From Microcoleus sp. (GTDB lineage Bacteria; Cyanobacteriota; Cyanobacteriia; Cyanobacteriales; Microcoleaceae): 64,000 bases of DNA. The notes beneath the pieces are model-generated. The model searched no databases and was not told where the DNA came from. It saw only the letters and a list, made by a program, of their open reading frames with translations. This document shows, one piece after another, positions 50,037 to 60,121 of the stretch. The DNA lies in assembly GCA_052279835.1 (NCBI GenBank), contig CP181291.1:32001-96000 (forward strand). Direction: 5' to 3'. Each line of letters starts with the position of its first letter. Position 1 is the first letter of the stretch. The position numbers were made by a program, and so were the translations under genes.

Positions 50037-50144
50037 GATATAGCAATCCTAAATCATTTGTGAATTTCTTACTCCCTCCCCTGATTCAAGAGGAGGGTTG
50101 GGGTGGGGTAAAAAAAATACGACTCCTGCAAGGATGGCTATATC
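50037..50144. mobile_element. MITE-like element
   Basis: GATATAGCAATCCT...AGGATGGCTATATC around a CTCCCTCCCC..GGAGGGTTGGGGTGGGG core. Confidence 0.55.
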
Positions 50145-50217
50145 TAGGAACGCAGATAGTTTCCCCTGCTATCTCCCTAGAATTATCATAAAATGTGAGC
50201 GAAAAGGAGGTTAGAAA

Positions 50218-52128
50218 ATGCTGCAACACACAAGTACCGATACACCACGGATCAACGCTAGAAAAACTGATGTATTTGATATTTTTAATTTCAAACACTA
50301 CATCGGACCAAACCCTTTTTTAGACACGGCCGCTTTAGTATTTGATTTTGCCATAACAGATTCCAGTCAAGCTTTGCCCATTGCCTCTTATCATTCAATT
50401 ATTGGCGATCGCTACCCGCAACTGCTCCACGAAACCCATGATTCCCACGCGCAACTGTTTGCCCGCACCTGTTCAGAAGTAGGAAAACTAGACATGGGTT
50501 TACACTTCCAACACTGGAATGTCAAGCCCTATGGCGAATTTAACAGAATCAGCATAGAAGCTGTGCACGCCCGTAGCAGCAGAGCGGTAGTTTACGCTGT
50601 TTGGGACTGGTTTGAAGCCATCAATCAAAATCAAGATTTTCCCTTAGAAGCACAAATAGCCGCGCTGCAAAAAGTGTTCCGACAGTCTGTTTATGGAGGT
50701 CCGACTGTCTATTCGTTAATGCGATCGGCATCCCAAAAAGGCATTCCCGCATTTTATTTATGGGATGAAGGATTGATGCAATACGGTTACGGCAAAAAAC
50801 TAATTCGCGGCTCAGCAACTACTTTTGATTCCGACAGCCATTTAGACTCAGATTTTACCACTCGCAAAGACGACTGTAAAGCATTTCTAGCTACATTAGG
50901 ATTTCCTGTTCCCAAAGGCGATATCGTCTCGACTGAAAACGGAGCTTTGACAGTTGCCAAAGAAATTGGCTACCCGGTTGCTGTCAAACCAGTAGTCGGT
51001 CATAAAGGAATTGGGGTGACAGCAGATATCCGAGATGCTGAGGAATTGCAAGCTGCTTTTAAAAGAGCAGTTAAAGCAATTCCCGAAACAGAATCGGTGC
51101 GAGTAATTGTGGAAAATAGCATCAAAGGAGCGGATTTTCGCCTACTGTGTGTTAACGGCAAATTTGTGTCAGCCACGGAACGCCGACCAGCATGGGTGAC
51201 AGGGGATGGCAAATTAACAATTAGGGAGTTGATTCGGAGAGAAAACCGCAAACCAGAACGTTTGGATACTCCTACTTCGCCACTGAGTAAAATTCAGTCG
51301 GATGAAGCTATGGAAATGTATTTAACAGAACAGCAGTTGTCATTAGATAGCGTCCTAGAGGGCGATCGCACTATTTTTCTGCGGAAAGTGGCTAATCTTT
51401 CTGCTGGCGGTGTCAGCATCGATGCTACCCGCACCGTGCACCCGGACAATATTATTTTGGCTCAAGATATCGCCCAGCATTTTCGGTTAACTTGTTTGGG
51501 AATTGATGTGGTGACAGAATCTTTAGCTCAATCTTGGAAAGCAGGCAATTTTGGGATTTTGGAAATTAACGCTGCACCGGGAATTTTTATGCACCTGAAC
51601 CCGGCTGTGGGGGAAAGTGTTGATGTACCCTCTCACATTCTGGAGACTTTTTTTGAGTCGGGAAATGATGCCAGAATTCCGATTATTACTTTCAACAAGA
51701 TTTCGGTACCGCAACTTCAAGAAATAATCGATCGCATTCTGTTAGAACATCCTGACTGGACGATTGGTGCTGTTTGTCGCGAGGCCGTGTTTGTCAACCG
51801 TTCTGAAAAAGTTTTTAACCATAACTATAACGTTAACGTGCAAAATTTGCTGCGGAATCCTCAACTGGATTTGTTAATTGCTGAGTATCCAGAGACTATT
51901 TTGGCAGAGCGGGGAATGTTTTATCGGGGCAGTAATCTGGTAGTGCTGGACAATCCAGGAGAAACTGAGATGATGTTGGCGAGAGCAAGCACTGATGATG
52001 ATACGGTAGTGGTGCGGGAAGGAGCTAATATTTCAATTCGTCGCAAAGGGTTGATAGAGCAGTATACTCTGGGTGATGGGGAACCGTTTACGCGGGTTTA
52101 TTTGAAGGAAATAGGGACTGTTTTGTAG
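50218..52128 (+). CDS. cphA2: Cyanophycin synthetase 2
   Basis: 636 aa; YGGPT, QYGYG, ATP-grasp motifs GYPVAVKP..GHKG.G and EINAAPG; truncated Mur-like C-terminal part; divergent from cphB. Confidence 0.9.
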   Translation: MLQHTSTDTPRINARKTDVFDIFNFKHYIGPNPFLDTAALVFDFAITDSSQALPIASYHSIIGDRYPQLLHETHDSHAQLFARTCSEVGKLDMGLHFQHWNVKPYGEFNRISIEAVHARSSRAVVYAVWDWFEAINQNQDFPLEAQIAALQKVFRQSVYGGPTVYSLMRSASQKGIPAFYLWDEGLMQYGYGKKLIRGSATTFDSDSHLDSDFTTRKDDCKAFLATLGFPVPKGDIVSTENGALTVAKEIGYPVAVKPVVGHKGIGVTADIRDAEELQAAFKRAVKAIPETESVRVIVENSIKGADFRLLCVNGKFVSATERRPAWVTGDGKLTIRELIRRENRKPERLDTPTSPLSKIQSDEAMEMYLTEQQLSLDSVLEGDRTIFLRKVANLSAGGVSIDATRTVHPDNIILAQDIAQHFRLTCLGIDVVTESLAQSWKAGNFGILEINAAPGIFMHLNPAVGESVDVPSHILETFFESGNDARIPIITFNKISVPQLQEIIDRILLEHPDWTIGAVCREAVFVNRSEKVFNHNYNVNVQNLLRNPQLDLLIAEYPETILAERGMFYRGSNLVVLDNPGETEMMLARASTDDDTVVVREGANISIRRKGLIEQYTLGDGEPFTRVYLKEIGTVL

Positions 52129-52277
52129 TTGTTTGCAGGATTTTTTGGTGGTGACTAGGTTGGGATCTGGCTCGTGGACTCATGGGCTGGGTTTTCTGGA
52201 GGTTTCCCCTGGGACTCGCCACAACAATTTATAATTCCTCCCATACCCAATTACCAATTACTAATTACCGATCTACG

Positions 52278-52901
52278 ATGTCTTTAAAATCTATTAGCAT
52301 TCCACCGAGCACGGATCGCCCACCAGTGGGTATGATTGTCGCTTTGCACGGATGGGGTGCCAATGCTCGCGATTTGACTTCTTTAGCGCCGGCATTCAAT
52401 TTACCAGACTATGAGTTTGTGTTTGCCGATGCCCCTTTTGCCCACCCCCAAGTACCGGGTGGCAAAATGTGGTATGACCTTCAAGGTAATGACTCCAAGG
52501 GATTGATCGAAAGTCGGCGATTGCTAACAGAATTTTTATTGTCTTTAGAAAGCAGTACGGGTGTGCCTTTGTCTAAGACGATTCTAGGTGGGTTTTCTCA
52601 AGGTGGAGCGATGACTCTAGATGTGGGATTAACTTTGCCTCTGGCTGGTTTAATTTGTTTGAGCGGTTATTTGCACTCTCAGTCGCCAGTTGCAGGTAGC
52701 GTGTTGCCACCTGTTTTAATCGTACACGGCACTCAAGATCGTATTGTCCCTGTGAGTGCGGCAGTGCGATCGCGCGATAGTTTCACCGATTGGGGGGCGT
52801 CGGTGCAGTACCACGAATTTGCGATGGGACACGAGATTCAACCACAAGTTGTAGATCTAATGCGAAGTTTTGTTCTAGAAACTGTGTCTAAATCGGATTA
52901 A
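52278..52901 (+). CDS. Phospholipase/carboxylesterase (alpha/beta hydrolase)
   Basis: LHGWGA, GFSQGG, HGTQD, GHEI. Confidence 0.92.
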   Translation: MSLKSISIPPSTDRPPVGMIVALHGWGANARDLTSLAPAFNLPDYEFVFADAPFAHPQVPGGKMWYDLQGNDSKGLIESRRLLTEFLLSLESSTGVPLSKTILGGFSQGGAMTLDVGLTLPLAGLICLSGYLHSQSPVAGSVLPPVLIVHGTQDRIVPVSAAVRSRDSFTDWGASVQYHEFAMGHEIQPQVVDLMRSFVLETVSKSD

Positions 52902-52946
52902 AGGCTTAGGATATAGTATGGCGGAAATCTCGGGGACGGAATAAAG

Positions 52947-53159
52947 ATGAAAACTTTAACCAAAGCATCGCGCGATATTGCTGTACTTACTTCGGAGGAT
53001 GTGGCACAATTGGCCGATCGTCTAGAAGTGGACGATTACACCGATCCTTTTGAGGGATTGAACGATTGGCATTTGCTGCGATCGCTTGCGTTTCAGCGCC
53101 CGGAGTTGGTTGAGCCTTATCTTCACCTTCTGGACATGGAAGCCTACGACGAAGCATAG
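52947..53159 (+). CDS. DUF2555 protein
   Basis: LA.RLE.DDY.DPFEGL.DWHLLR; upstream of coaBC. Confidence 0.8.
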   Translation: MKTLTKASRDIAVLTSEDVAQLADRLEVDDYTDPFEGLNDWHLLRSLAFQRPELVEPYLHLLDMEAYDEA

Positions 53160-53298
53160 CCTCAAAAATAGCAAAAATCTCAGCAAGTTTTAGGAGAAGG
53201 TTAGCCACAGATTTGGTAGCCAATTTATATAGATGAGTTAGGGATTTTTGTCTCTGCCGATCTTGATTTTCTCCTAATTCTTTTTTATTCAAAAAGAT

Positions 53299-54498
53299 AT
53301 GAAGGGTACACGAGTTTTAATTGGCGTTAGTGGCGGGATTGCAGCTTACAAAGTTTGTGAAGTAGTTTCAACTTTAGCCAAGGCTGGAGTTGAAGTCAGA
53401 GCTATTCTGACTGATGCGGCTCAAGAGTTCGTCACGCCCTTGACTTTTGCTACCCTCTGTCGCCAAGCTGCTTTTACCGATCAAGATTTCTGGGAAGCTA
53501 GTCACGGACGCCCTTTGCACATTCAACTGGCAGAATGGGCATCGGTTTTTGCCATCGCTCCCCTCACAGCGAATAGTTTGGCTAAGTTGGCGGGGGGTTT
53601 TGCGGATAATTTACTCACAAATACGGTACTTGCTTCTCAGTGTCCAATTTTGTTGGTACCGGCGATGAATACGGATATGTGGGAACAGCCGGCGGTGCAG
53701 CGAAATTGGCGCGAAATATTGACAGATCGGCGATATCATGCTATTTCGCCTGGGGCGGGAATGCTGGCGTGCGATCGCGTGGGTGCGGGCCGGATGGCAG
53801 AACCAAGTGAGATTGTGGCTCACATAGAATCATTGTTGTATACTAAGGGCGATCGAGATTTAGCTGGTAAACGGGTGTTGATCGGTGCGGGAGGTACGCG
53901 GGAACACCTCGATCCGGTGAGGTTTATCGGCAATCCTTCCACTGGTAAAATGGGCCTAGCTCTGGCGCGGGCTGCACAGCACCGAGGTGCGACGGTAACT
54001 CTGGTACATAGTATAAGTGGCGATTTATCATTGCCCGGTGTCAGGTCGATCGCCCTCACGAGTGCAGCAGAAATGCGACAAGGGATGCTGGAATGTTTTC
54101 CCGATGCGGATTTGACGGTGATGGCGGCGGCGGTGGCTGATGTGAAACCGACGGAGTACCACAGTCAGAAATTGCCCAAGCGATCGCTCCCGGATGCTTT
54201 AGCTTTGACAGCGGTACCGGATATTGTGGCAGAGTTGGGAACATTGAAACAGCCCCATCAAAAACTAATCGGGTTTGCCGCACAAACAGGTGATATTGTC
54301 AAGCCAGCTTGGGAAAAATTGCGGGCAAAAAAATTGGATGTAATTGCGGCAAATCCGATCGACAAAATCGCCTCCGGTTTTGGTAGCAATACCAATCAAG
54401 CAATTTTGATAAATGCCGCCGGAAAGCAAGTGGAAATAGCACCTTGCAGTAAATTAGAAATGGCCCATCGCTTGTTTGACTTTGCCCTGGAAGGGTGA
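53299..54498 (+). CDS. coaBC: Phosphopantothenoylcysteine decarboxylase/ligase
   Basis: [38 protein letters not shown]. Confidence 0.97.
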   Translation: MKGTRVLIGVSGGIAAYKVCEVVSTLAKAGVEVRAILTDAAQEFVTPLTFATLCRQAAFTDQDFWEASHGRPLHIQLAEWASVFAIAPLTANSLAKLAGGFADNLLTNTVLASQCPILLVPAMNTDMWEQPAVQRNWREILTDRRYHAISPGAGMLACDRVGAGRMAEPSEIVAHIESLLYTKGDRDLAGKRVLIGAGGTREHLDPVRFIGNPSTGKMGLALARAAQHRGATVTLVHSISGDLSLPGVRSIALTSAAEMRQGMLECFPDADLTVMAAAVADVKPTEYHSQKLPKRSLPDALALTAVPDIVAELGTLKQPHQKLIGFAAQTGDIVKPAWEKLRAKKLDVIAANPIDKIASGFGSNTNQAILINAAGKQVEIAPCSKLEMAHRLFDFALEG

Positions 54499-54571
54499 GT
54501 TTGATGCTAAATTCGGCTGATTCACCCCCTGTGCGCTTGTGTCGATGGATGAATAGGGGATTTAGCAAGAT

Positions 54572-55432
54572 CTAGGAGTTCAATATAAATTTGGCGATCG
54601 CCTCCGCCACCCCGTCTTCCTCCACATCCGGCGCCACCCAGTTAGCACCAGCTTTTACTTCAGAGGGAGCGTTACCCATCGCTACGCCTACGCCCGCATA
54701 GGATATCATTTCCACATCATTGAAATTGTCGCCGATCGCCATCACGTTCTCTGGCTGCAAACCCAACAAGTCCTCCGCGATGTACTGCACTGCGGCTCCC
54801 TTGTTAACCAAAGGGTGAGTAGCTTCAAAAAAAGTGGCAACCGATCGAGTCAAATAAAGTTCTGCTGGTGTGTAGCGTTCTCGCATACTGCTGAGTAAGC
54901 CATCGAGTACCCCCGGATTGTCGCACAAAGCCAAAACTTTCGTCGGTTCACCCGGAATATCTCGGCGCAAGTCTGTAATAGCAATTGGTTGAATACCCGA
55001 TCGTTGTGCGTAAAGTCTGGTGGCGGCGGTAATTTCCGGTACGTAAAGTTGGTCGTTGATGTAAAAATTCACCGAAAGGAGCGATCGTAAATGTGGTTCT
55101 TCAAAATGTTCCAACAATTCCAAAGCTGTTTGTTTCGACAATGGCTGGTGGCGGAGCATTTTTTGACTAGCGGGATCTTGAATCCAGGCACCTTGGTAAG
55201 AAATCAACGGTAAAGTTGAGCCGATATCCCGGTGAAAGCGCAAAGCCGATCGATACATTCTACCAGTAGCCACGGCAACTTGCACTCCCCGCGACTGAGC
55301 GGCGAAAATAGCCTGCTTCACTGGTTCTCGGATGTTATTGGATTTACCTGCGATCGTACCATCGATATCGACTACCAGTAGTCTAATGTCTGCACCGCTA
55401 GAGACGGGATTTGAGGTCATTATATTTTGCAT
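54572..55432 (-). CDS. Cof-type HAD-IIB hydrolase
   Basis: DIDGT, ATGR, NKG, GDNFND, MGNA. Confidence 0.94.
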   Translation of the reverse strand: MQNIMTSNPVSSGADIRLLVVDIDGTIAGKSNNIREPVKQAIFAAQSRGVQVAVATGRMYRSALRFHRDIGSTLPLISYQGAWIQDPASQKMLRHQPLSKQTALELLEHFEEPHLRSLLSVNFYINDQLYVPEITAATRLYAQRSGIQPIAITDLRRDIPGEPTKVLALCDNPGVLDGLLSSMRERYTPAELYLTRSVATFFEATHPLVNKGAAVQYIAEDLLGLQPENVMAIGDNFNDVEMISYAGVGVAMGNAPSEVKAGANWVAPDVEEDGVAEAIAKFILNS

Positions 55433-55686
55433 AGTTGTTTTTAGATTTTAGCTTGAGATTTTCCCAGACCAGTTTATTTTTGCACTGTGGCGATCGGCAA
55501 GTGCAGTTTCGGCTTGTTTGAAGGCTAAAATGTAGATTAGGAATTCCACAGAGCATCTATCTATAGTTTTTTCCAGGGCGATCGCTCCGTAATTTCCCTT
55601 AGATATTGGGATATTACATGACTTATACAGACAAGCCACAAAATTTTTAAACTCAATTAAATGCCGAATTAAGGGATTTTAATTTC

Positions 55687-56847
55687 ATGAATTATCAGGA
55701 TAATTACAGCTTGTTAGCAGCCGAACAAGCTAGCAAAATCGGCAACATCCTCGAAGCCATGAAATCTTACGACTTGGCAATTCAAGAAGCAGAACAAAAT
55801 GGGGATATCCACGAACAAGCATTAGCAGCAGAATTAGCAGGACTGTTTTATCTCTCATTAGGAATCCCGAAAATTGCGCAAATTTACTTAACAGAATCCC
55901 ACTCTTGCTATCAGCACTTTGGTGCCCAAGACAAAGCAGCGATTTTAGAATCAAAATACCCAAACTTGATAAATAATCGGGGATATTTAAATAAAAACCT
56001 CAACATCAACAATGGGCTAGATACTCATCAAAATCTAGAACATTTAGTACAAGAGAGAACCTCGGAACTTTCCCAAACTTTAGAATACTTAAAAGCCACC
56101 CAAAATCAACTCGTAGAATCAGAAAAAATGGCAGCCCTTGGAGGGTTAGTGGCTGGTATTGCCCACGAAATCAACACTCCCATCGGCATTGGCATCGCCG
56201 CCGCCTCACTCCTCTCCGAAAAAGTTACAAAATTTTGCGATATTTACAGCAACGGTCAAATTAAACGCTCTGAGTTAGAAAAGTTTCTGGATACTGCATT
56301 GCAAAGTAGTAATATGATATTGGCTAACCTCACGCGGGCGGCAGACTTGATCCATAGCTTTAAAGAAGTGGCAGTCGATCAGTCCAGTGAATTAAAACGA
56401 ACTTTTCCAGTGAAAAAATATCTAGAGGAAATATTGACATCTTTAACACCCAAACTCAGAACAACTAAACACAAAATCGAGATTAATTGCCCTGACAATA
56501 TTTTACTGGATAGCTACCCTGGCGTGTTCTGTCAAATTGTAACCAATCTGATAATGAACTCCCTACTTCATGCTTACGATCCAAACGACGAAGGAGCGAT
56601 CGCCTTTAACTTGCAACTAGAGGGCGAGCTCTTAGTATTTGAATATAGTGATGATGGCAAAGGAATTTCTCCCGACAATCTCAGTAAAATTTTTCAACCC
56701 TTCTTTACCACCAAAAGAGGCCAGGGCGGCACTGGATTGGGATTACACATTATTTACAATCTAGTGCATCAAAAACTAAAAGGCACAATTCAATGCCAAA
56801 GTCAACTAGGTTATGGCACAAAATTTTTGATTAAAATTCCAACATAA
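55687..56847 (+). CDS. Histidine kinase with a TPR-like N-terminal fragment
   Basis: EKMAALGGLVAGIAHEINTP, DDGKG, FFTTK, GTGLGL. Confidence 0.92.
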   Translation: MNYQDNYSLLAAEQASKIGNILEAMKSYDLAIQEAEQNGDIHEQALAAELAGLFYLSLGIPKIAQIYLTESHSCYQHFGAQDKAAILESKYPNLINNRGYLNKNLNINNGLDTHQNLEHLVQERTSELSQTLEYLKATQNQLVESEKMAALGGLVAGIAHEINTPIGIGIAAASLLSEKVTKFCDIYSNGQIKRSELEKFLDTALQSSNMILANLTRAADLIHSFKEVAVDQSSELKRTFPVKKYLEEILTSLTPKLRTTKHKIEINCPDNILLDSYPGVFCQIVTNLIMNSLLHAYDPNDEGAIAFNLQLEGELLVFEYSDDGKGISPDNLSKIFQPFFTTKRGQGGTGLGLHIIYNLVHQKLKGTIQCQSQLGYGTKFLIKIPT

Positions 56848-56901
56848 ATTGCTAATTAGCTAGGCTAAAGCAGTCATAAATAATATTCAGGAGTATGAGC
56901 A

Positions 56902-58290
56902 ATGTCAGAAGCAAGTCAAAAATTATTCGATGCTGACGACGAAAATTTAATCTTTATCGAAGAAGATGAGCGGGAATCAAAAACTCTAGAATCCAGTTGG
57001 AAAGTATTAATCGTAGACGACGAAATAGAAATTCACCATATTACAAAACTAGCTTTAAAAGAATTTTGTTTTGAAAACAAATCAATTAATTTTGTCAGCG
57101 CTTACTCAGGCAAAGAAGCCAAGGAAATCATCAAAGAAAATCAGGATATAGCATTGATTTTGCTCGATGTCGTTATGGAAACGGAAGAAGCAGGCTTAGA
57201 AGTAGTTAAATACATCCGCGATATTTTAGACAATAAAATAGTGCGGATTATTTTACGCACTGGACAGCCCGGACAAGTGCCAGAAGATGTCGTCATTGTC
57301 AGCTATGATATCAATGATTACAAAACCAAAACCGAACTGACAAATAAAAAATTATTTACCACAGTAGTCACCGCACTGAGAGCATTTAGTTCCCTGAATC
57401 AAATCGAGTCTAGCAAAAGCGAAATAGAAAAAATTGCCGCAGCCTCCGCTCGTTTTGTCCCCCGCGAATTTTTGAAATTTCTTAAAAGAGAAAGCATCGT
57501 TGATGCGAGATTGGGAGACTCTGTGCAAGCAGAAATGACAATTATGTTTGCCGACATTCGCTCATTTACCAGTTTGTCAGAAAGTATGTCTCCCAGGGAT
57601 AATTTTGATTTTATTAACTCTTACTTAACTAGAGTTGGGCCTGTGATTCGCCAGTACAACGGCTTTATAGACAAATATCTGGGCGACGGTATTATGGCTT
57701 TGTTTCCCAATAGCCCAGAAGATGCCGTCCAAGCAGCAATTGAAATGCAGCAGCAAGTTAAAATTTATAATAAACACAGGCAAAATAGTGGCTATCAACC
57801 TATTTCCATCGGCATTGGTTTGCATACTGGAACTTTAATGTTAGGTACGATTGGCGAAGCGGAACGCATGGAAAGTACGGTGATTTCCGATGCAGTGAAT
57901 TTAGCCTCGCGCGTGGAAGGATTGACAAAGCTTTACGGAGTTGGTATTGTGGCTAGCGTCCAAACTCTTTGTCGGATCGACGACCCCCAACATTATAAGT
58001 GCCGATTTCTCGATCGCGTCCAAGTCAAAGGAAAACAAACCCCTGTTGCGGTATTTGAAATCTACGACGGCGATTCAGATACAATGATCGAACTAAAAAC
58101 ACAAACCCAAACTTATTTTGAACAGGGAATTTTTTTCCACTACCAGCAACAATTCGCCCAAGCAAGACAAATGTTTTTGCGTGTGTTGCAAGTAAATAAA
58201 CAAGATAAAGCAGCACAATTTTATGCTGAACGCTGCGATACGTTGATGAAAAATGGGGTAATTTTGACTGTGGAAGGGATAGAGATATAG
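56902..58290 (+). CDS. Receiver-domain class III adenylate/guanylate cyclase
   Basis: [34 protein letters not shown]. Confidence 0.93.
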   Translation: MSEASQKLFDADDENLIFIEEDERESKTLESSWKVLIVDDEIEIHHITKLALKEFCFENKSINFVSAYSGKEAKEIIKENQDIALILLDVVMETEEAGLEVVKYIRDILDNKIVRIILRTGQPGQVPEDVVIVSYDINDYKTKTELTNKKLFTTVVTALRAFSSLNQIESSKSEIEKIAAASARFVPREFLKFLKRESIVDARLGDSVQAEMTIMFADIRSFTSLSESMSPRDNFDFINSYLTRVGPVIRQYNGFIDKYLGDGIMALFPNSPEDAVQAAIEMQQQVKIYNKHRQNSGYQPISIGIGLHTGTLMLGTIGEAERMESTVISDAVNLASRVEGLTKLYGVGIVASVQTLCRIDDPQHYKCRFLDRVQVKGKQTPVAVFEIYDGDSDTMIELKTQTQTYFEQGIFFHYQQQFAQARQMFLRVLQVNKQDKAAQFYAERCDTLMKNGVILTVEGIEI

Positions 58291-58453
58291 GGAATTGGGA
58301 ATTGGGAATTGGGAATTGGGCATTGGGAATTGGGAATTGGGAATTGGGAATTGGGAATTGGGAATTGGGCTACCCCCCCCTACCCCCCCCAAGGGGGGAA
58401 TGGATGAGGGAATAGAGACAAATAACAAATAACAAATAACAAATAACAAATAA
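58290..58453. repeat. Heptamer tandem repeats (GGGAATT)n and (AAATAAC)n
   Basis: About 11 GGGAATT units and about 5 AAATAAC units; similar arrays at about 23551, 23670, 29778 and 33125. Confidence 0.9.
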
Positions 58454-58460
58454 CTTATTT

Positions 58461-59747
58461 ATGCGCTTAAAATCCCTTGATGTTTTTCGCGGAATTGCGA
58501 TCGCCTCCATGATCCTAGTCAACAACCCCGGCAGTTGGAAACAAGTTTATCCGCCGCTAGAACACGCAGAATGGCACGGCTGCACCCCCACAGACTTAGT
58601 ATTTCCCTTTTTTCTATTCATCGTCGGCTGCGCGATGTCATTTTCCCTATCCAAATACACTAAAACTCCTACAAAAATAGAAACAGCAGCATCAAAAACC
58701 ACAGAAACACCGGAACAAACAGATACAGAAAAAAAACCTCTTGCTGATTCCTTCCCCCCTTGGGGGGGGTTGGGGGGGGTTCTTCTGACTTCCCCTCAAG
58801 GGGGTAAAGGGGAGTTGACTTCGCATCTTCCTTCTTCAAATATCTACTGGCGGATTGCGAGGCGCGCTGCCATTTTATTTATATTAGGATTGCTGCTAAA
58901 CACATCCTCGATCGCCCTTGACGTACTTCTCAACAGCGCCCCCATCGAAAACTTCGCTAAAATCCGCATTATGGGAGTATTGCAGCGGATTGGTTTAGCT
59001 TATTTCATAAGTGCGATCGCCATTATCAACCTCTCTCCCCGCAACCAAAAACTCCTCGCTATTGCCATATTATTCAGTTATTGGGCCTTGTTAACCATAG
59101 TGCCTGTAGGGGGGTACAGCGCCGGTGAACTAACGCCAGAGGGCAATTTTGGAGGATATATCGATCGCCTAATTCTAGGCAGCCAACACCTCTACAAAGG
59201 CGGCCCCTTTGACCCCGAAGGACTCTTAAGCACCTTACCAGCAGCGGTAACAGTCCTCATCGGCTACTTTACCGGAGAATGGCTGCGAGTACAGCCAATC
59301 AAAACCCGCACCAGTATCAACCTAGCAATCTGCGGACTTTGTTGCCTAATAATCGGTCATTTGTGGGGATTTTTATTTCCGATTAACAAACAACTTTGGA
59401 CAAGTTCCTATGTAGTATTTACCGCCGGTTGGGCCTTACTATTGCTAGCATTTTGTTACGAAACCATCGAAGTGCGCGGTTGGAAATGGGGGAGACCCTT
59501 TGAAATCATGGGATTGAATGCTATCTTTCTGTTTGTGGCTTCCGGTATTGTCGCCAGAATTCTGCTGAAAACTCATATTGGTAGTGGCGATAGCCCTCCA
59601 AGTACCTACACTTGGATTTACGAAAACTGGTTTTTGCCCTGGGCTGGGCCGCTGAATGGTTCTCTGGCATTTGCCATAACCGCGGTGTTATTTTGGTGGT
59701 TGATTTTGTATGGAATGTATCGCCGAGGTTGGCAAATTAAAATTTAA
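58461..59747 (+). CDS. HGSNAT/NagX-like (DUF5009) membrane acyltransferase
   Basis: RLKSLDVFRG..MILVNN, DLVFPFFLF, GVLQRI, FDPEGLLS, PINKQLWTSS. Confidence 0.92.
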   Translation: MRLKSLDVFRGIAIASMILVNNPGSWKQVYPPLEHAEWHGCTPTDLVFPFFLFIVGCAMSFSLSKYTKTPTKIETAASKTTETPEQTDTEKKPLADSFPPWGGLGGVLLTSPQGGKGELTSHLPSSNIYWRIARRAAILFILGLLLNTSSIALDVLLNSAPIENFAKIRIMGVLQRIGLAYFISAIAIINLSPRNQKLLAIAILFSYWALLTIVPVGGYSAGELTPEGNFGGYIDRLILGSQHLYKGGPFDPEGLLSTLPAAVTVLIGYFTGEWLRVQPIKTRTSINLAICGLCCLIIGHLWGFLFPINKQLWTSSYVVFTAGWALLLLAFCYETIEVRGWKWGRPFEIMGLNAIFLFVASGIVARILLKTHIGSGDSPPSTYTWIYENWFLPWAGPLNGSLAFAITAVLFWWLILYGMYRRGWQIKI

Positions 59748-60121
59748 GTGCAGGGCCAGTTTATATACATCATTTGTCAATACTTATCAAATATCTTGGC
59801 GCAACCACAGTTGGGTAACTAACCTGTAGGTGGTTGGCAAGTAATGAATCATAAAACTTGACCATCAAAGATGGTTTGTCTATCATACATTTATAGCACT
59901 TACCCAAAAACAACGTATTTCTGTCAGTACGATACTGTTTTATTTTTAACCCGAGCGTGGGTAATTCCTAATTTACTTAGTTAACTATGCTACAAACTGC
60001 TTAATAAATAGACATTACATACATAGAGAGATAGCGAATCTCTGCTGCATTCACGGTATGAAATGTGTATATTGTTTCAAGTCGGTGGCAAATTATACTA
60101 TTACTCCCTGTGTTTGCAATT

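Noticed and set aside
58093..58449. 118-aa ORF with PIPNSQF repeats
   Set aside because: It is a translation of heptamer tandem repeats.
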